Shown: piece after piece, positions 17,998 through 27,906 of the stretch | Numbering within the stretch: position 1 is the first letter of the stretch | Layout: each line of letters begins with the position of its first letter | Origin: an uncultured Chloroflexia bacterium | Lineage (GTDB): Bacteria > Chloroflexota > Limnocylindria > Limnocylindrales > CSP1-4 | NCBI GenBank assembly: GCA_963813535.1 | Contig: CAWEZH010000001.1 | Span: 32,001-96,000 of the forward strand | Reading direction: 5' to 3' | Length of the DNA: 64,000 bases | Made by a program: the position numbers and the translations under genes | The notes under the pieces: model-generated | Database searches by the model: none | The model's input: only the letters and a program-made list of their open reading frames with translations | What the model was told of the DNA's origin: nothing

Positions 17998-20900
17998 TCA
18001 GCGAGGCGCACGCAGGACGAGGCCGCGGTACCCAGCCGAGAAACCGGCCTGGAGCAGCCGCTCGCGCCACGGCGATTCCCCCACGGCGACGCCATCGATC
18101 TTGCGGATGACGAGCTCGCGGGCGCGTCCGGTCCCGACGATCGACGTCAGCCCGCGGAGCGCCGACTCGGCGACGTCCGGGTCGTCGGCGGCCGGCAGGG
18201 TCTGGATCGTGGCCCCGCCGCGCTCGAGGTACAGAGCGGCGATGCCGTCGACCAGCACGACGTACGCGCCGGCAGCCCGCTGGAACGGCCGCCGATCATC
18301 GTCACCGCGGCGAGGCCAGGCGAGCGCGGCACCGTACGGATTCGCGGGGTCGGCCGCCGCGAGGACGTGGACGGCCGGTGCGGCCGAGCCTTCCTCTCCA
18401 TCCCGCACGGCGCGAAGTCGGTCGAGCGCGCCGGCCAGGGCGAATTGCGCCGCGCCGAGCCCGTCGACGAAGTAGCCGCGCCGGATCCGGCCCGCCTCCT
18501 CGAGCGCCCGGAGCACCGGGTACACGCCGGAGAAGCCGCCCTCGAGCCCCTCCGACACGACGGCCTCCCGTGTCAGGACCCCATGACGTTCCAGGAGAGC
18601 GAGTGCCTGCGCGTGGAGCCGCTCGGTCGGCGTCACCCCGTCGATCGGCTCGACGAGCGACCAGCGACCCGCCGCCTCGGGTGGTCCCAGCGCGGTGAGC
18701 CGACCTGGGCGAGCGCGACGAGCACCCGACCCCGGACCGGTGGGTCGCTTCCAGCGCAGCGCGCGCAGCGGCGCGAACGTGTCGTTGGTGACTTCGCCCG
18801 CCCAGACCAGGTCCCACAGCGCGTCGAGCATCTCGCGGTCCGAGCCACCACCCGCCGCCGCATGGACCGCGCGGTAGAAGCTCGCCCCGCGGCCAGCGAG
18901 GTGCTCGCGGATCTTCTCGTGGCGCGGGCTCGACGGCCGCGACGTCGCGTCGTCGTTCGCGTCGACCAGTGCGTGGGGCCGGAGGATCTCGCGCTCGGGC
19001 CGATAGAGGGCGATCCGCCCGTCGTCGCGGCCGAGGCTGCCCCGCCCGACCCACGCGACCTCTCCCATCGCGCCGAGCTCGTCGAGGAGGCGCGGGGTGT
19101 AGCCAGGGACTCGCGCCGGCAGGACGTCCCGTTCCAGGACCGATGCCGGGATCGCGACACCGGCGAGCTGGTCGACGATCTCGGCCAGTCTCTCCATCGC
19201 GGCCGTGCCGCGGAAGAGCGGCGGGTCGGCGCCGGGTCCGGCGGCCGGTGCGATCCCGTGCCAGGCGGGCAGGAACCGGCCGAGCGCCGCCGGGTCGACC
19301 GGTTCGACCTCACGCCGCAGGCGCGCCAGCGAACGGCGGCGAAGGAGGCGCAGGACATCGGCATCGGACCACTCGCGTTCCACGCCACCCGGCCGGAACT
19401 CGCCCCGGATGATCGTTCCTGCGGCAAGCAGCCGCTCGAGCGCGTCGTCGACGATGCCGACGGGCAGACCCCAACGCGCCGCCGGGTCCGGCGTCAGGAA
19501 CGGGCCGTGGGTGCGGGCGTACCGGGCGAGCAGACCGTCGAGTGCGCCCACGGCGGGAGCCAGGAACGCCTCGGGTACGCCAACGGGTGCGGTGACGCCG
19601 ACGCCGTCACGGTAGCGTGCGACGTCCTCGATCGCGATCCAGCGGTCGTCGCCCGCCATCCGGACGCGCACAGCCCGCCGGCCACCCTCGAGATCCGCCA
19701 GCCACGGTCGGACCGCGTCGGACCCACCGACCACGCGCGCAGCGAGCTCGTCGGTCGACAGGTCGCCGAGCCGGCGCAGCAGGTCGTGCACCTGGTCGAC
19801 CGTCGTCGCCTGGCGATCCTCGGCCAGGGCCTGGAGCGACAGCTCGAGGTCGGCGAGCGCCTCGGGATCGAGCAGCTCGCGCAGCTCCTCCTGGCCGAGC
19901 AGCTCGCGGAGGAGGTCGCGGTCGAGCGTGAGGGCACCGGCCCGCCGCTCGGCCAGCGGAGCGTCGCCTTCGTACATATAGGCCGCCACGTAGTCGAAGA
20001 GCAGGCTGCTCGCGAACGGACTCGCGCGGGGCGTCTCGACGCCATGGACCGCGATCTCCCGACTCGCCACACCGCGCAGGACGTCGCGCAAGGCGTCGAG
20101 GTCGAAGACGTCCGACAAGCACTCCCGGTAGGTCTCGACGAGGATCGGGAAGCTGCCATAGCGACTCGCCACCGACAGCAGGTCGGCCGCTCTCTGGCGC
20201 TGCTGCCACAGCGGCGTGCGGGTGCCCGGGCGGCGGCGCGGCAACAGCAGCGCACGGGCGGCGTTCTCGCGGAAGCGACTCGCGAACAACGCGGAGTTCG
20301 CGACCTGACCGACGACCAGGTCCTCGATGTCCTCGGCCGCCGGGAACAGGAGATCCTCGATGCCGTCGACGCTCCCCTGCCCTTCCGGGAGACGGATGGC
20401 GATGCCGTCGTCGGACCAGATCGTCTGGACCTCCGTCCCGAGCCGATCGGCGAGGCGCGCCTCGATCCCGAGCGACCACGGGGCGTGGACCCGACCGCCG
20501 AACGGCGTCAGCAGGGTCAGCCGCCAGTCCCCGAGCTCGTCGCGGAACCGCTCGACCACGACCCGTTTGTCGGTCGGCAGGGCTCCGGTCGCTTCACGCT
20601 CGTCCTCGAGGTAGTCCAGCAGGTTCTTGGCCGCCCGGTCGTCGAGGTCGTGGTGTTCGCGGAGACGATCGTGCGCTGCCTGCCGGCCCTTCGGACCGCG
20701 CTGCAGGTCGCCTTGGATCTCGCCGACGAACGCGCCGAGTGCGCGGCCCAGCTCGATCGGGCGGCCGACGGCGTCCCCCTTCCAGAATGGCAGCTTGCCG
20801 GGGACGCCTGGGGCAGGCGTGACAGTGACCCGGTCGTGGCTGATGTCCTGGACGCGCCAGGAGCTGGCACCCAGGACGACCACATCCCCGTGCATCCCGG

Positions 20901-22578
20901 CTCGCAGCTCGTAGACCATCTCTTCGTCGAGCTCGCCGACGCGCCGACCCGGCGTGCCGGCCTCGCCCTCCATGAACACGCCGAACAGCCCCCGGTCGGG
21001 GATGGTCCCGCCGCTGGTCACGGCCACGACCCGGGCGTCGCGCCGACCCTCGATGGTGTCGGTGACGCGGTCCCACACGAGACGCGGCTTGAGCTCGGCG
21101 AACTCGTCGGATGGGTATGCGCCAGCGAGCATGCCCAGCACGCCGTCGAGGACGTCGCGGGTCAGCGTCTCGTACGGCGCCGCCGCAGTGACGGTCCGGA
21201 ACAGGTCGTCGCCGGTCCATCGATCCATGACGGTCATGGCGACGATCTGCTGGGCGAGGACATCGAGTGGGTTGCGCGGGATGCGCGTCTCCTCGATCTC
21301 ACCCTCGTGCATGCGCCGCGTGACGACCGCGACCTCGAGCAGGTCGCCGCGGTACTTCGGGAAGATGACGCCCTTGCTCGGGGCGCCGACCTGGTGCCCG
21401 GCTCGGCCAACGCGCTGGAGACCCCGGGCGACACTCGTCGGCGATTCGACCTGGATGACCAGGTCGACGGCGCCCATGTCGATGCCGAGCTCGAGCGAGC
21501 TCGTGGCGACCAGCGCCGGGAGGCGGCCGGCCTTGAGCTCCTCCTCGATCTCGAGACGCTGCTCGCGGGCGATGCTGCCGTGATGGGCGCGGACGAGGTC
21601 CTCGCCGGCCAGCTCGTTGAGGCGCTGGGCGAGTCGCTCACTGAGCCGTCGGCTGTTGGTGAAGACGATCGTGCTGCGGTGGCTCCGGATCAGCTCGAGG
21701 ATCCGCGGGTGGATGGCCGGCCAGATGCTCGAGCGCGCGTCCGGGCTGATGGCCGGCCCGCCTGGCTGCTGCTCCTGGGGAAGGACATCGCCAAGGGCGG
21801 CCATGTCGTCGACCGGGATGACGACCTCGAGCTCGAGCGGCTTGCGCGCACCGGCATCGACGACGGTGACCTCACGGTCGGGGCCGATGCCACCGAGGAA
21901 CCGAGCGATCGTGTCGAGTGGTCGTTGCGTGGCGGACAGGCCGATCCGCTGCGGGGGCGGGGTCGTCTCGGCGTCTCGGAGCCGGTCGAGGCGTTCGAGG
22001 CTGAGAGCGAGATGGGCGCCCCGCTTCGTGCCGGCGATCGCATGCACCTCATCGATGATCACGTGCTCGACGTTGTGCAGGATCTCGCGCGCCTGGCTCG
22101 TCAGCAGGAGGTACAGGCTCTCGGGGGTGGTGATGAGGATGTCGGGCGGCCGGCGGGCGATCTCCCGTCGGTCCTCGCTGGGCGTGTCGCCGGTCCGGCT
22201 GGCGACGGTGATCGTCGGAGCCGCATCGCCGAGCTTCTGGGCGGCGAGTCCGATGCCGGTGAGAGGTGCCCGGAGATTTCGCTCGACGTCGTAGGTCAGC
22301 GCCTTGAGTGGCGAGACATAGAGGACACGAACGTGACCGGGGTCCTGCTTGGTGGCAGCCGGGCTGGGATCCCGGGCGAGCCGGTCCAGCGCGAACAGGA
22401 ACGCAGCCAGGGTCTTGCCGCTGCCGGTCGGGGCATGGATCAGCGTGTGCTCGCCCCGGGCGATGGCCTCCCAGCCCCGCGTCTGGGCGTCGGTGGGCGC
22501 CTCGAAACTGGCTTCGAACCATGCGCGGACTGCGGGTGAGAACGGCGCGAACGGGTCGGCGGGAACGATGGTGGCCAC
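17998..22578 (-). CDS. lhr: Long-form Lhr ATP-dependent helicase
   Basis: APTGSGKT, DEVH, SAT, HHGS, TSSLELGIDMG, QRVGRAGH, plus a long C-terminal extension (RRGYFVDGLGAAQFA, AADPANPYG). About 1500 aa; adjacent to nei as in actinobacteria. Confidence 0.93.
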   Translation of the reverse strand: MATIVPADPFAPFSPAVRAWFEASFEAPTDAQTRGWEAIARGEHTLIHAPTGSGKTLAAFLFALDRLARDPSPAATKQDPGHVRVLYVSPLKALTYDVERNLRAPLTGIGLAAQKLGDAAPTITVASRTGDTPSEDRREIARRPPDILITTPESLYLLLTSQAREILHNVEHVIIDEVHAIAGTKRGAHLALSLERLDRLRDAETTPPPQRIGLSATQRPLDTIARFLGGIGPDREVTVVDAGARKPLELEVVIPVDDMAALGDVLPQEQQPGGPAISPDARSSIWPAIHPRILELIRSHRSTIVFTNSRRLSERLAQRLNELAGEDLVRAHHGSIAREQRLEIEEELKAGRLPALVATSSLELGIDMGAVDLVIQVESPTSVARGLQRVGRAGHQVGAPSKGVIFPKYRGDLLEVAVVTRRMHEGEIEETRIPRNPLDVLAQQIVAMTVMDRWTGDDLFRTVTAAAPYETLTRDVLDGVLGMLAGAYPSDEFAELKPRLVWDRVTDTIEGRRDARVVAVTSGGTIPDRGLFGVFMEGEAGTPGRRVGELDEEMVYELRAGMHGDVVVLGASSWRVQDISHDRVTVTPAPGVPGKLPFWKGDAVGRPIELGRALGAFVGEIQGDLQRGPKGRQAAHDRLREHHDLDDRAAKNLLDYLEDEREATGALPTDKRVVVERFRDELGDWRLTLLTPFGGRVHAPWSLGIEARLADRLGTEVQTIWSDDGIAIRLPEGQGSVDGIEDLLFPAAEDIEDLVVGQVANSALFASRFRENAARALLLPRRRPGTRTPLWQQRQRAADLLSVASRYGSFPILVETYRECLSDVFDLDALRDVLRGVASREIAVHGVETPRASPFASSLLFDYVAAYMYEGDAPLAERRAGALTLDRDLLRELLGQEELRELLDPEALADLELSLQALAEDRQATTVDQVHDLLRRLGDLSTDELAARVVGGSDAVRPWLADLEGGRRAVRVRMAGDDRWIAIEDVARYRDGVGVTAPVGVPEAFLAPAVGALDGLLARYARTHGPFLTPDPAARWGLPVGIVDDALERLLAAGTIIRGEFRPGGVEREWSDADVLRLLRRRSLARLRREVEPVDPAALGRFLPAWHGIAPAAGPGADPPLFRGTAAMERLAEIVDQLAGVAIPASVLERDVLPARVPGYTPRLLDELGAMGEVAWVGRGSLGRDDGRIALYRPEREILRPHALVDANDDATSRPSSPRHEKIREHLAGRGASFYRAVHAAAGGGSDREMLDALWDLVWAGEVTNDTFAPLRALRWKRPTGPGSGARRARPGRLTALGPPEAAGRWSLVEPIDGVTPTERLHAQALALLERHGVLTREAVVSEGLEGGFSGVYPVLRALEEAGRIRRGYFVDGLGAAQFALAGALDRLRAVRDGEEGSAAPAVHVLAAADPANPYGAALAWPRRGDDDRRPFQRAAGAYVVLVDGIAALYLERGGATIQTLPAADDPDVAESALRGLTSIVGTGRARELVIRKIDGVAVGESPWRERLLQAGFSAGYRGLVLRAPR

Positions 22579-22610
22579 GGACCTTGCAGTATAGGGTCCC
22601 GGGCACGTTT

Positions 22611-22624
22611 CGACCACATGTTCG
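22611..22624. promoter_or_regulatory. Putative LexA (SOS) box upstream of lhr-nei
   Basis: CGACCACATGTTCG versus the Gram-positive/Chloroflexi consensus CGAAC-N4-GTTCG (1 mismatch). It sits at the -35 position relative to TATACT (22588-22593, minus strand). Confidence 0.65.
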
Positions 22625-22657
22625 GTTTGCGACGAGATCCGATCGACGGGTCGGCCG

Positions 22658-24430
22658 CTAGGACACGACCGAGTCGATCAAGGCGCGCACCTCCGCCACC
22701 GACCCTGCGCGCAATGCCTCATGTGCGATCGCTGCGCAGGTCCCTGGGTCCAGGCCGAGCAGGGCGCTTCGCACGGATGCGATCGCGCTGGGGGTGACGC
22801 TCAGCTCATCCACGCCCAGCCCGACAAGCAGTGGGATGACCATCGGATCCGCGGCTGCCTCGCCGCACACCCCGACATGTCGTCCTCTGGTTCGGGCGGC
22901 GCGAACGACGCCCCCGATGAGCCTGATGATCGCCGGCTGAAGGGCGGATGCGAGGTCGGCGAGCTCCGGGTTCGTCCGGTCCGCCGCGAGCGTGTACTGC
23001 ACGAGGTCGTTCGTCCCGATCGAGAAGAACTCGGCAGTCTCGGCGAGCGTGTCGGCCATGATGGCGGCTGATGGCACCTCGATCATCACCCCGAGGGAGA
23101 TGCTCGCAGGCCGGGCTCCCGAGGATGCCTCCACACGCTCGGTCGCCGTGTCGAGACGCTCGCGCACCGACTGGAATTCTTCGCGAGTGGCGATCATCGG
23201 CACCATGACGCGGAGCTCGGCAGTGCCGGCCGCAAGCACCAATGCCGTGAGCTGGTCGTCGAGCGTCTGTGGCAACCGACGTGCAAGCCGGACACCACGT
23301 ACGCCGAGCGCCGGGTTCGACTCCGCGGGACCAGTCTGCCAGGGGGCGGGCTTGTCTCCGCCAACATCGAGCGTCCGGAACACGACGGGTCGACCGTCCA
23401 TGGCGGCGCGGATCCGCGCGTAGGTCGCCCGCTGTTCCTCGACCGTCGGCGGCGTGTGGCGTCCGAGGAACAGGAGCTCGGTTCGCACCAACCCGATGCC
23501 ATCCGCCCCGGCCGATAGTGCAGCATCCGCCTCGAACGGCGATCCCACATTTGCCGCCACCCGCACGGACACGGATGAGCCGGCGGTCGTGCGATCGGAT
23601 GGATCCGGGCGGGGGCGGGTTGTCGCCTGTCGACGCTCGGTGGCGTCCTGGAGCTGCATCACGTCCACCGCACCAGGCTCGATCACGACGCGCCCGCCCG
23701 TGCCGTCGACGGCGATCCTGGCGGCGTGCGGGATGCTCGTCGTCGCCGAACCGAGCCCGAGCACCATCGGGATCCCGAGGGCCCGCGCCACGATCGCCGC
23801 GTGCCCGGTCGCGGTCCCACCGCCCAGCGCGATCCCCGCCACGAGCTCGCGGCGGAGAGTGGCGACGGCTGACGGCTCGAGATCGGTGGCCACGACCACA
23901 GCGGGTTGGCCGTCGGGATGCCACAGGTCCGGCTGCTTCTCGCCGCGGATGTGGGCTGCCACCCGTCGTCCGACATCGCGAACGTCGGCAGCTCGCTCGC
24001 GGAAGTAGTCGTCATCGACGGCAGCGAGAGCATCCGCGTGCCGCGCGGTCACGGACAGGATCGCCTCGGCCGCGGTCGCGCCCGCCGCAATCTCGGCGAG
24101 CGCGGGCTCGACGATGCCCGGGTCCGTCGCGAACAACGCCTGAGCGGCGAAGATCGCCCCGACCTCCTCGCCGGCCAGCGACGCGGTCCGTGCACCCAGG
24201 GCCTCAAGGTCGATCGCCGCCGCGTCGAGCGCTGCGCGCAGGCGGCCCGCTTCGTCATCGTCACCTGGCGGGCCACCTTGGGGTGGCCGCATCTCTGACG
24301 AGATCGGATCCGCATGCAGGGCCCGTCCGATCCCCACCCCTGGGGATCCGGGCTGCCCCGTCAATGTCCACGGTTTGCTCGGGGTCGCTCGCAACGGCAC
24401 GCCGTCGACCCCGGGCACGGTCCGAGCCAT
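22658..24430 (-). CDS. ptsI: PEP-protein phosphotransferase (PTS enzyme I)
   Basis: GHAAIVARALGIP (phospho-His), GIGLVRTE, RTLDVGGDK, NPALGVRG, MIEVP, SIGTNDLVQY, GVCGE. Confidence 0.92.
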   Translation of the reverse strand: MARTVPGVDGVPLRATPSKPWTLTGQPGSPGVGIGRALHADPISSEMRPPQGGPPGDDDEAGRLRAALDAAAIDLEALGARTASLAGEEVGAIFAAQALFATDPGIVEPALAEIAAGATAAEAILSVTARHADALAAVDDDYFRERAADVRDVGRRVAAHIRGEKQPDLWHPDGQPAVVVATDLEPSAVATLRRELVAGIALGGGTATGHAAIVARALGIPMVLGLGSATTSIPHAARIAVDGTGGRVVIEPGAVDVMQLQDATERRQATTRPRPDPSDRTTAGSSVSVRVAANVGSPFEADAALSAGADGIGLVRTELLFLGRHTPPTVEEQRATYARIRAAMDGRPVVFRTLDVGGDKPAPWQTGPAESNPALGVRGVRLARRLPQTLDDQLTALVLAAGTAELRVMVPMIATREEFQSVRERLDTATERVEASSGARPASISLGVMIEVPSAAIMADTLAETAEFFSIGTNDLVQYTLAADRTNPELADLASALQPAIIRLIGGVVRAARTRGRHVGVCGEAAADPMVIPLLVGLGVDELSVTPSAIASVRSALLGLDPGTCAAIAHEALRAGSVAEVRALIDSVVS

Positions 24431-24434
24431 CGTG

Positions 24435-25112
24435 TCAGTCGCTCCCGGCGACATCCGCCAGCGCACGCAGCAGCAGCGCGGACGAGGTTGCCCCGGGGTC
24501 CTGGTGACCGATCGAGCGTTCGCCCAGGTATGACGCTCGACCCTTCGTCGCAAGCATCGGAACCGTGGCGGAGGCTCCTGCCTCGGCGGCGTCGGCCATC
24601 GCGAGGGTCACCGCCGCACCGTCGGCCCCGGCGCTATCGGCCTCGCGGCCGGCGGCTACAGCCGGTATGAGGGCATCGAGCATGGTCTTCTCACCCGCAG
24701 AAGCCTTCCCGAGCGACTGGATGCCACCTATCGCCGCCTCGAGGCCTGCGACCAGGGCCCCCCGACTGCTCGTTCCCTCGGGCAACGAGGCGATGGCACC
24801 GGCGGCCCGCACCAGCGCGGTCCCGTACAGCGGACCCGCGGCGCCTCCGACGGTGCTGATCAACGTGCGGCCGGCCGCTCGGAGCCGCGCCGCACCCATA
24901 GCGAGCTCGCCCTCCGCATCGGGAAGTCCACCATCGAGGCTCGCGACGATCGCGGCAAACCCGCGGTCCATGTTGGTGCCGTGATCCCCGTCACCGATCG
25001 CCTGGTCGAGGGCGGTGAGAGCCGCCGCGTGTTCGTGGATGCGCGCCGCGGCAAGGCGCAGCCAGGCATCGATGATGTCGATCACGATTAGGTACCTCGA
25101 CGGTGTCGTCAT
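24435..25112 (-). CDS. dhaL: Dihydroxyacetone kinase ADP-binding subunit
   Basis: LDQAIGDGDHGTNM, GGAAGPLYG, GEKTMLD, KGRASYLGERSIGHQDPGATS. Start uncertain (25112 or a GTG near 25086). Confidence 0.92.
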   Translation of the reverse strand: MTTPSRYLIVIDIIDAWLRLAAARIHEHAAALTALDQAIGDGDHGTNMDRGFAAIVASLDGGLPDAEGELAMGAARLRAAGRTLISTVGGAAGPLYGTALVRAAGAIASLPEGTSSRGALVAGLEAAIGGIQSLGKASAGEKTMLDALIPAVAAGREADSAGADGAAVTLAMADAAEAGASATVPMLATKGRASYLGERSIGHQDPGATSSALLLRALADVAGSD

Positions 25113-25171
25113 GCCGAGTCTAGAAGGCGGCCGCCGCGCGAAGGCATCCTGCGCGGCGGCCACCGTGGTGG

Positions 25172-26194
25172 TCAGATGCCCCAGCGCAAGGCCGGAGTGT
25201 TGACCGGTGCGTCCCACCATCGAATGAGCGCATCATCCAGCCGCAGCAGGGTCACGGAGAACCCGGCCATCTCCAGGCTGGTGATGTAGTTCCCGACCAG
25301 CGAACGTCCGATCGAGATGCCCTGCCCCCCAAGGATCTTCGCGACGCTATTGAACGCCACGTAGAGCTCGATGAGCGGTGTGCCACCCATGCCATTCACG
25401 AAGGCCAAGACCGCATCGCCGCGGCTGAGTCCAAGGTCCGAGACGATCGGCGACACTAGCCACTCGGCCATGTCGTCGACCGGAGCGAGCTTCTCGCGGC
25501 GGCGGCCCGGCTCGCCGTGGATGCCGATGCCGACCTCGACCTCGTCGTCGGGCAAGTCGAACGTCGGCGTGCCGGCCGCTGGCACGACGCACGACGTCAG
25601 CGCCAAACCCATCGACTTGCCCTGCTCATTGACCTTGGTCGCCGTCGCGGCCACCTCCGCCAACGAGCCGCCGGCCTCGGCATGCGCGCCGGCGATCTTC
25701 TCGAGCAGGACCGTGACGCCGACACCACGCCGGCCCGCCGTATAGAGCGAGTCCTGGACCGCCACGTCGTCGTTGGTGACGACGGTCGCGACCTCGATCT
25801 CGCCAGCCACGAGCTCGGAGGCGAGTTGGAAATTCAGCACGTCCCCGGTGTAGTTCTTGACGATGTGCAAGACGCCGGCCCCGCCATCGACGGCCCGTGT
25901 CGCGGCCTCCATCTGGTCAGGTACCGGCGACGTGAAGACATTGCCGGCGGCTGCCGCGTCGAGCATGCCCAGGCCGACGAAGCCGCCATGGAGGGGTTCG
26001 TGACCGGAGCCACCGCCGGAGATCAGGGCGACCTTGCCCCGCTTCGGCCCGCCGGCGCGGAGGACGAGATTCTGGCTCAGGTCCACTTTGACAAGGTCCG
26101 GGTGAGCGGCCTGCATGCCGCTGAGGCTCTCGGGGACGATGTCCTCGATCGCGTTGAAGAGCTTCTTCACGCGGGTCGGTGCGGTGGTCGCCAT
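25172..26194 (-). CDS. dhaK: Dihydroxyacetone kinase substrate-binding subunit
   Basis: [47 protein letters not shown]. Confidence 0.95.
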   Translation of the reverse strand: MATTAPTRVKKLFNAIEDIVPESLSGMQAAHPDLVKVDLSQNLVLRAGGPKRGKVALISGGGSGHEPLHGGFVGLGMLDAAAAGNVFTSPVPDQMEAATRAVDGGAGVLHIVKNYTGDVLNFQLASELVAGEIEVATVVTNDDVAVQDSLYTAGRRGVGVTVLLEKIAGAHAEAGGSLAEVAATATKVNEQGKSMGLALTSCVVPAAGTPTFDLPDDEVEVGIGIHGEPGRRREKLAPVDDMAEWLVSPIVSDLGLSRGDAVLAFVNGMGGTPLIELYVAFNSVAKILGGQGISIGRSLVGNYITSLEMAGFSVTLLRLDDALIRWWDAPVNTPALRWGI

Positions 26195-26245
26195 CGGATG
26201 GATCCTCCTCGGGTCAGGCTGTGACGGTTGGACGACGTGAGGCGT

Positions 26246-27013
26246 TCAAGCGGCTTCGTGGGCGTGCTCGGCGACTGCCGCGCCCGGCACGGTGGCCGTA
26301 CGCGTGTGGCCGATGAACTGGTACGCGAAGGCGCCGACGAGACCGCCGACGATGGGGCCAGCCACGTAGACCGGGAGCAGGGCTCCGAGGTTGGTCTTCG
26401 AGCCGATGATCAGCTCGAGGATCTCGGGACCGATCTGGCGGGCCGGGTTCAGCGCGGCGCCGGTGATCGGGCCGACCAGGATGATGATCCCGTACACGAT
26501 GAAGCCGATCACGATCCCGGCGAAACCGGCCGGGGCTCGGCCGTCGACGGCGGCACCGAACACCGTGAAGACGAGGATCGCCGTGCCGATGACTTCGGCC
26601 GCGAAGCCGATGCCGATGCCGGCGTTGGCATTGACATCGACCGCGCCCAGACCAAGGGCGACGGGGTCATTGCCGGTCAGGATGATCAGCGTCAAGCCGG
26701 CGCCGAACAGCGCGCCGACGAGCTGCGCGCCGATGTACCCGATCGCGGTATTGGTGTCGATCTTGCGGGTCGCGAGCAGGGCGATCGTCACCGCGGGGTT
26801 GATGTGGCAGCCGCTGATGTGGCCGACCGAATACACCGCCGCGAAGATCGCGAAGGCGAAGGCGAACGAGATCGTCGAGAGTTCGGCGCTGCCGAACGGG
26901 TTCTCGCCGGTCAGCAAGAGGGTGAGCGGGACCGAACCTGCGCCGATGAAGACGAGGATCGCGGTACCGATCGCTTCGGCTGTCAGTTTCTGGGACATGG
27001 TCGGGGACGACAT
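26246..27013 (-). CDS. MIP family channel (aquaporin/glycerol facilitator)
   Basis: Two NPA boxes (SGCHINPAVT, ALNPAR) and six TM helices. Confidence 0.93.
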   Translation of the reverse strand: MSSPTMSQKLTAEAIGTAILVFIGAGSVPLTLLLTGENPFGSAELSTISFAFAFAIFAAVYSVGHISGCHINPAVTIALLATRKIDTNTAIGYIGAQLVGALFGAGLTLIILTGNDPVALGLGAVDVNANAGIGIGFAAEVIGTAILVFTVFGAAVDGRAPAGFAGIVIGFIVYGIIILVGPITGAALNPARQIGPEILELIIGSKTNLGALLPVYVAGPIVGGLVGAFAYQFIGHTRTATVPGAAVAEHAHEAA

Positions 27014-27042
27014 CGGGTGCTTCCTCCTTCGAGAGTGATGGG

Positions 27043-27312
27043 TCAGCCGGCCTGGCTGACGTATGGGGCGAGCTCCGCCCGAAGGGCGGCGAGCGCGGCA
27101 TCGGCATCTGGGCCATCCGCCGCGAGGGTGATCTCGGATGACGGTCGGATGGTCATCCCGAGTAGGGCGATGAGGCTTTTCGCGTCCGCCTCGCGACCGT
27201 CCTGCCGGACGATGATCCGGCTGGTGAATCGACTCGCCGCCTGGACGAATCGAGCCGCTGGCCGCGCGTGGAGCCCGGATGGGTCAAGGACGACGAGACG
27301 GATCTCCGACAT
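27043..27312 (-). CDS. ptsH: HPr phosphocarrier
   Basis: GLHARPAA (His15) and DAKSL (Ser46). Confidence 0.93.
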   Translation of the reverse strand: MSEIRLVVLDPSGLHARPAARFVQAASRFTSRIIVRQDGREADAKSLIALLGMTIRPSSEITLAADGPDADAALAALRAELAPYVSQAG

Positions 27313-27315
27313 CTG

Positions 27316-27720
27316 TCAGTCCCGCGGCAACTTGGCCATGGTCGCGGCCGATCCGGCCGCGGTAACGACCTCGTCGATCGACGCGCCGACGCTGGCCTGG
27401 ACGGCGGCGAGCACGGCGCCCTCGACGAGTGGCGCCTCGCTGATGCGGACCCGGGCTCGGTCCGTGTCGCTCAGGTCCTCGAGCGCCAGCTCGAGACTCA
27501 ACGCGGCGCTTCCGAGATCAAGCAGGACGACCGCGCCATCGGCGCGGTCGAGAACGAAACGGACCGCCTCGCCGATGCGCAGTGCGCTCGTACCTAGACG
27601 GCCATCCTCGGTCCCGCCCGCGGTCGCCACCGGAACGGCTGCACCCGCCACCTGCGCGACCATCTCGCGCAGGCCCTCGACAAGCGTGCTGCTGTGGGAA
27701 ACGAGGATCAGGCCCACCAA
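27316..27720 (-). CDS. dhaM: Dha kinase phosphotransferase subunit (EIIA-Man-like DhaM)
   Basis: VGLILVSHS, GGTEDGRLGTS, DLGSA, APLVEGA; AAAGGAGG RBS before a TTG start. Confidence 0.9.
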   Translation of the reverse strand: MVGLILVSHSSTLVEGLREMVAQVAGAAVPVATAGGTEDGRLGTSALRIGEAVRFVLDRADGAVVLLDLGSAALSLELALEDLSDTDRARVRISEAPLVEGAVLAAVQASVGASIDEVVTAAGSAATMAKLPRD

Positions 27721-27793
27721 GCGCGCCTCCTTTCACATCCGGGTGGGTTGCACCCGGGTTGTCGGTCGGGAGCGATCCTCCGCCCGATGTCGT

Positions 27794-27830
27794 CAAGAAG
27801 AAAGCAAGGGCGCAGCAAGAGGTGCGCAGA
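27794..27830. promoter_or_regulatory. 11-bp phased direct repeats, putative OmpR/PhoB-family regulator site
   Basis: CAAG starts at 27794, 27805 and 27816, and CAGA at 27827 (exact 11-bp period), in the dhaM/dhaL2 divergent intergenic region. The leftmost repeat overlaps TTGACG on the minus strand. Confidence 0.6.
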
Positions 27831-27906
27831 ATGTCGCGATCCGGAGGTGGGTCCCGCACAGATGGCGTTGCCCCGGTGTCGGCGACTGGACTATCGTCGG
27901 CCGACC

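Noticed and set aside
17524-22539. 1671-aa plus-strand ORF and other long antisense ORFs (e.g. 10426..12573, 26228..27988, 56301..57953)
   Set aside because: Shadow frames of real minus-strand genes in high-GC DNA; no motifs, and Arg/Gly/Ala-rich composition.
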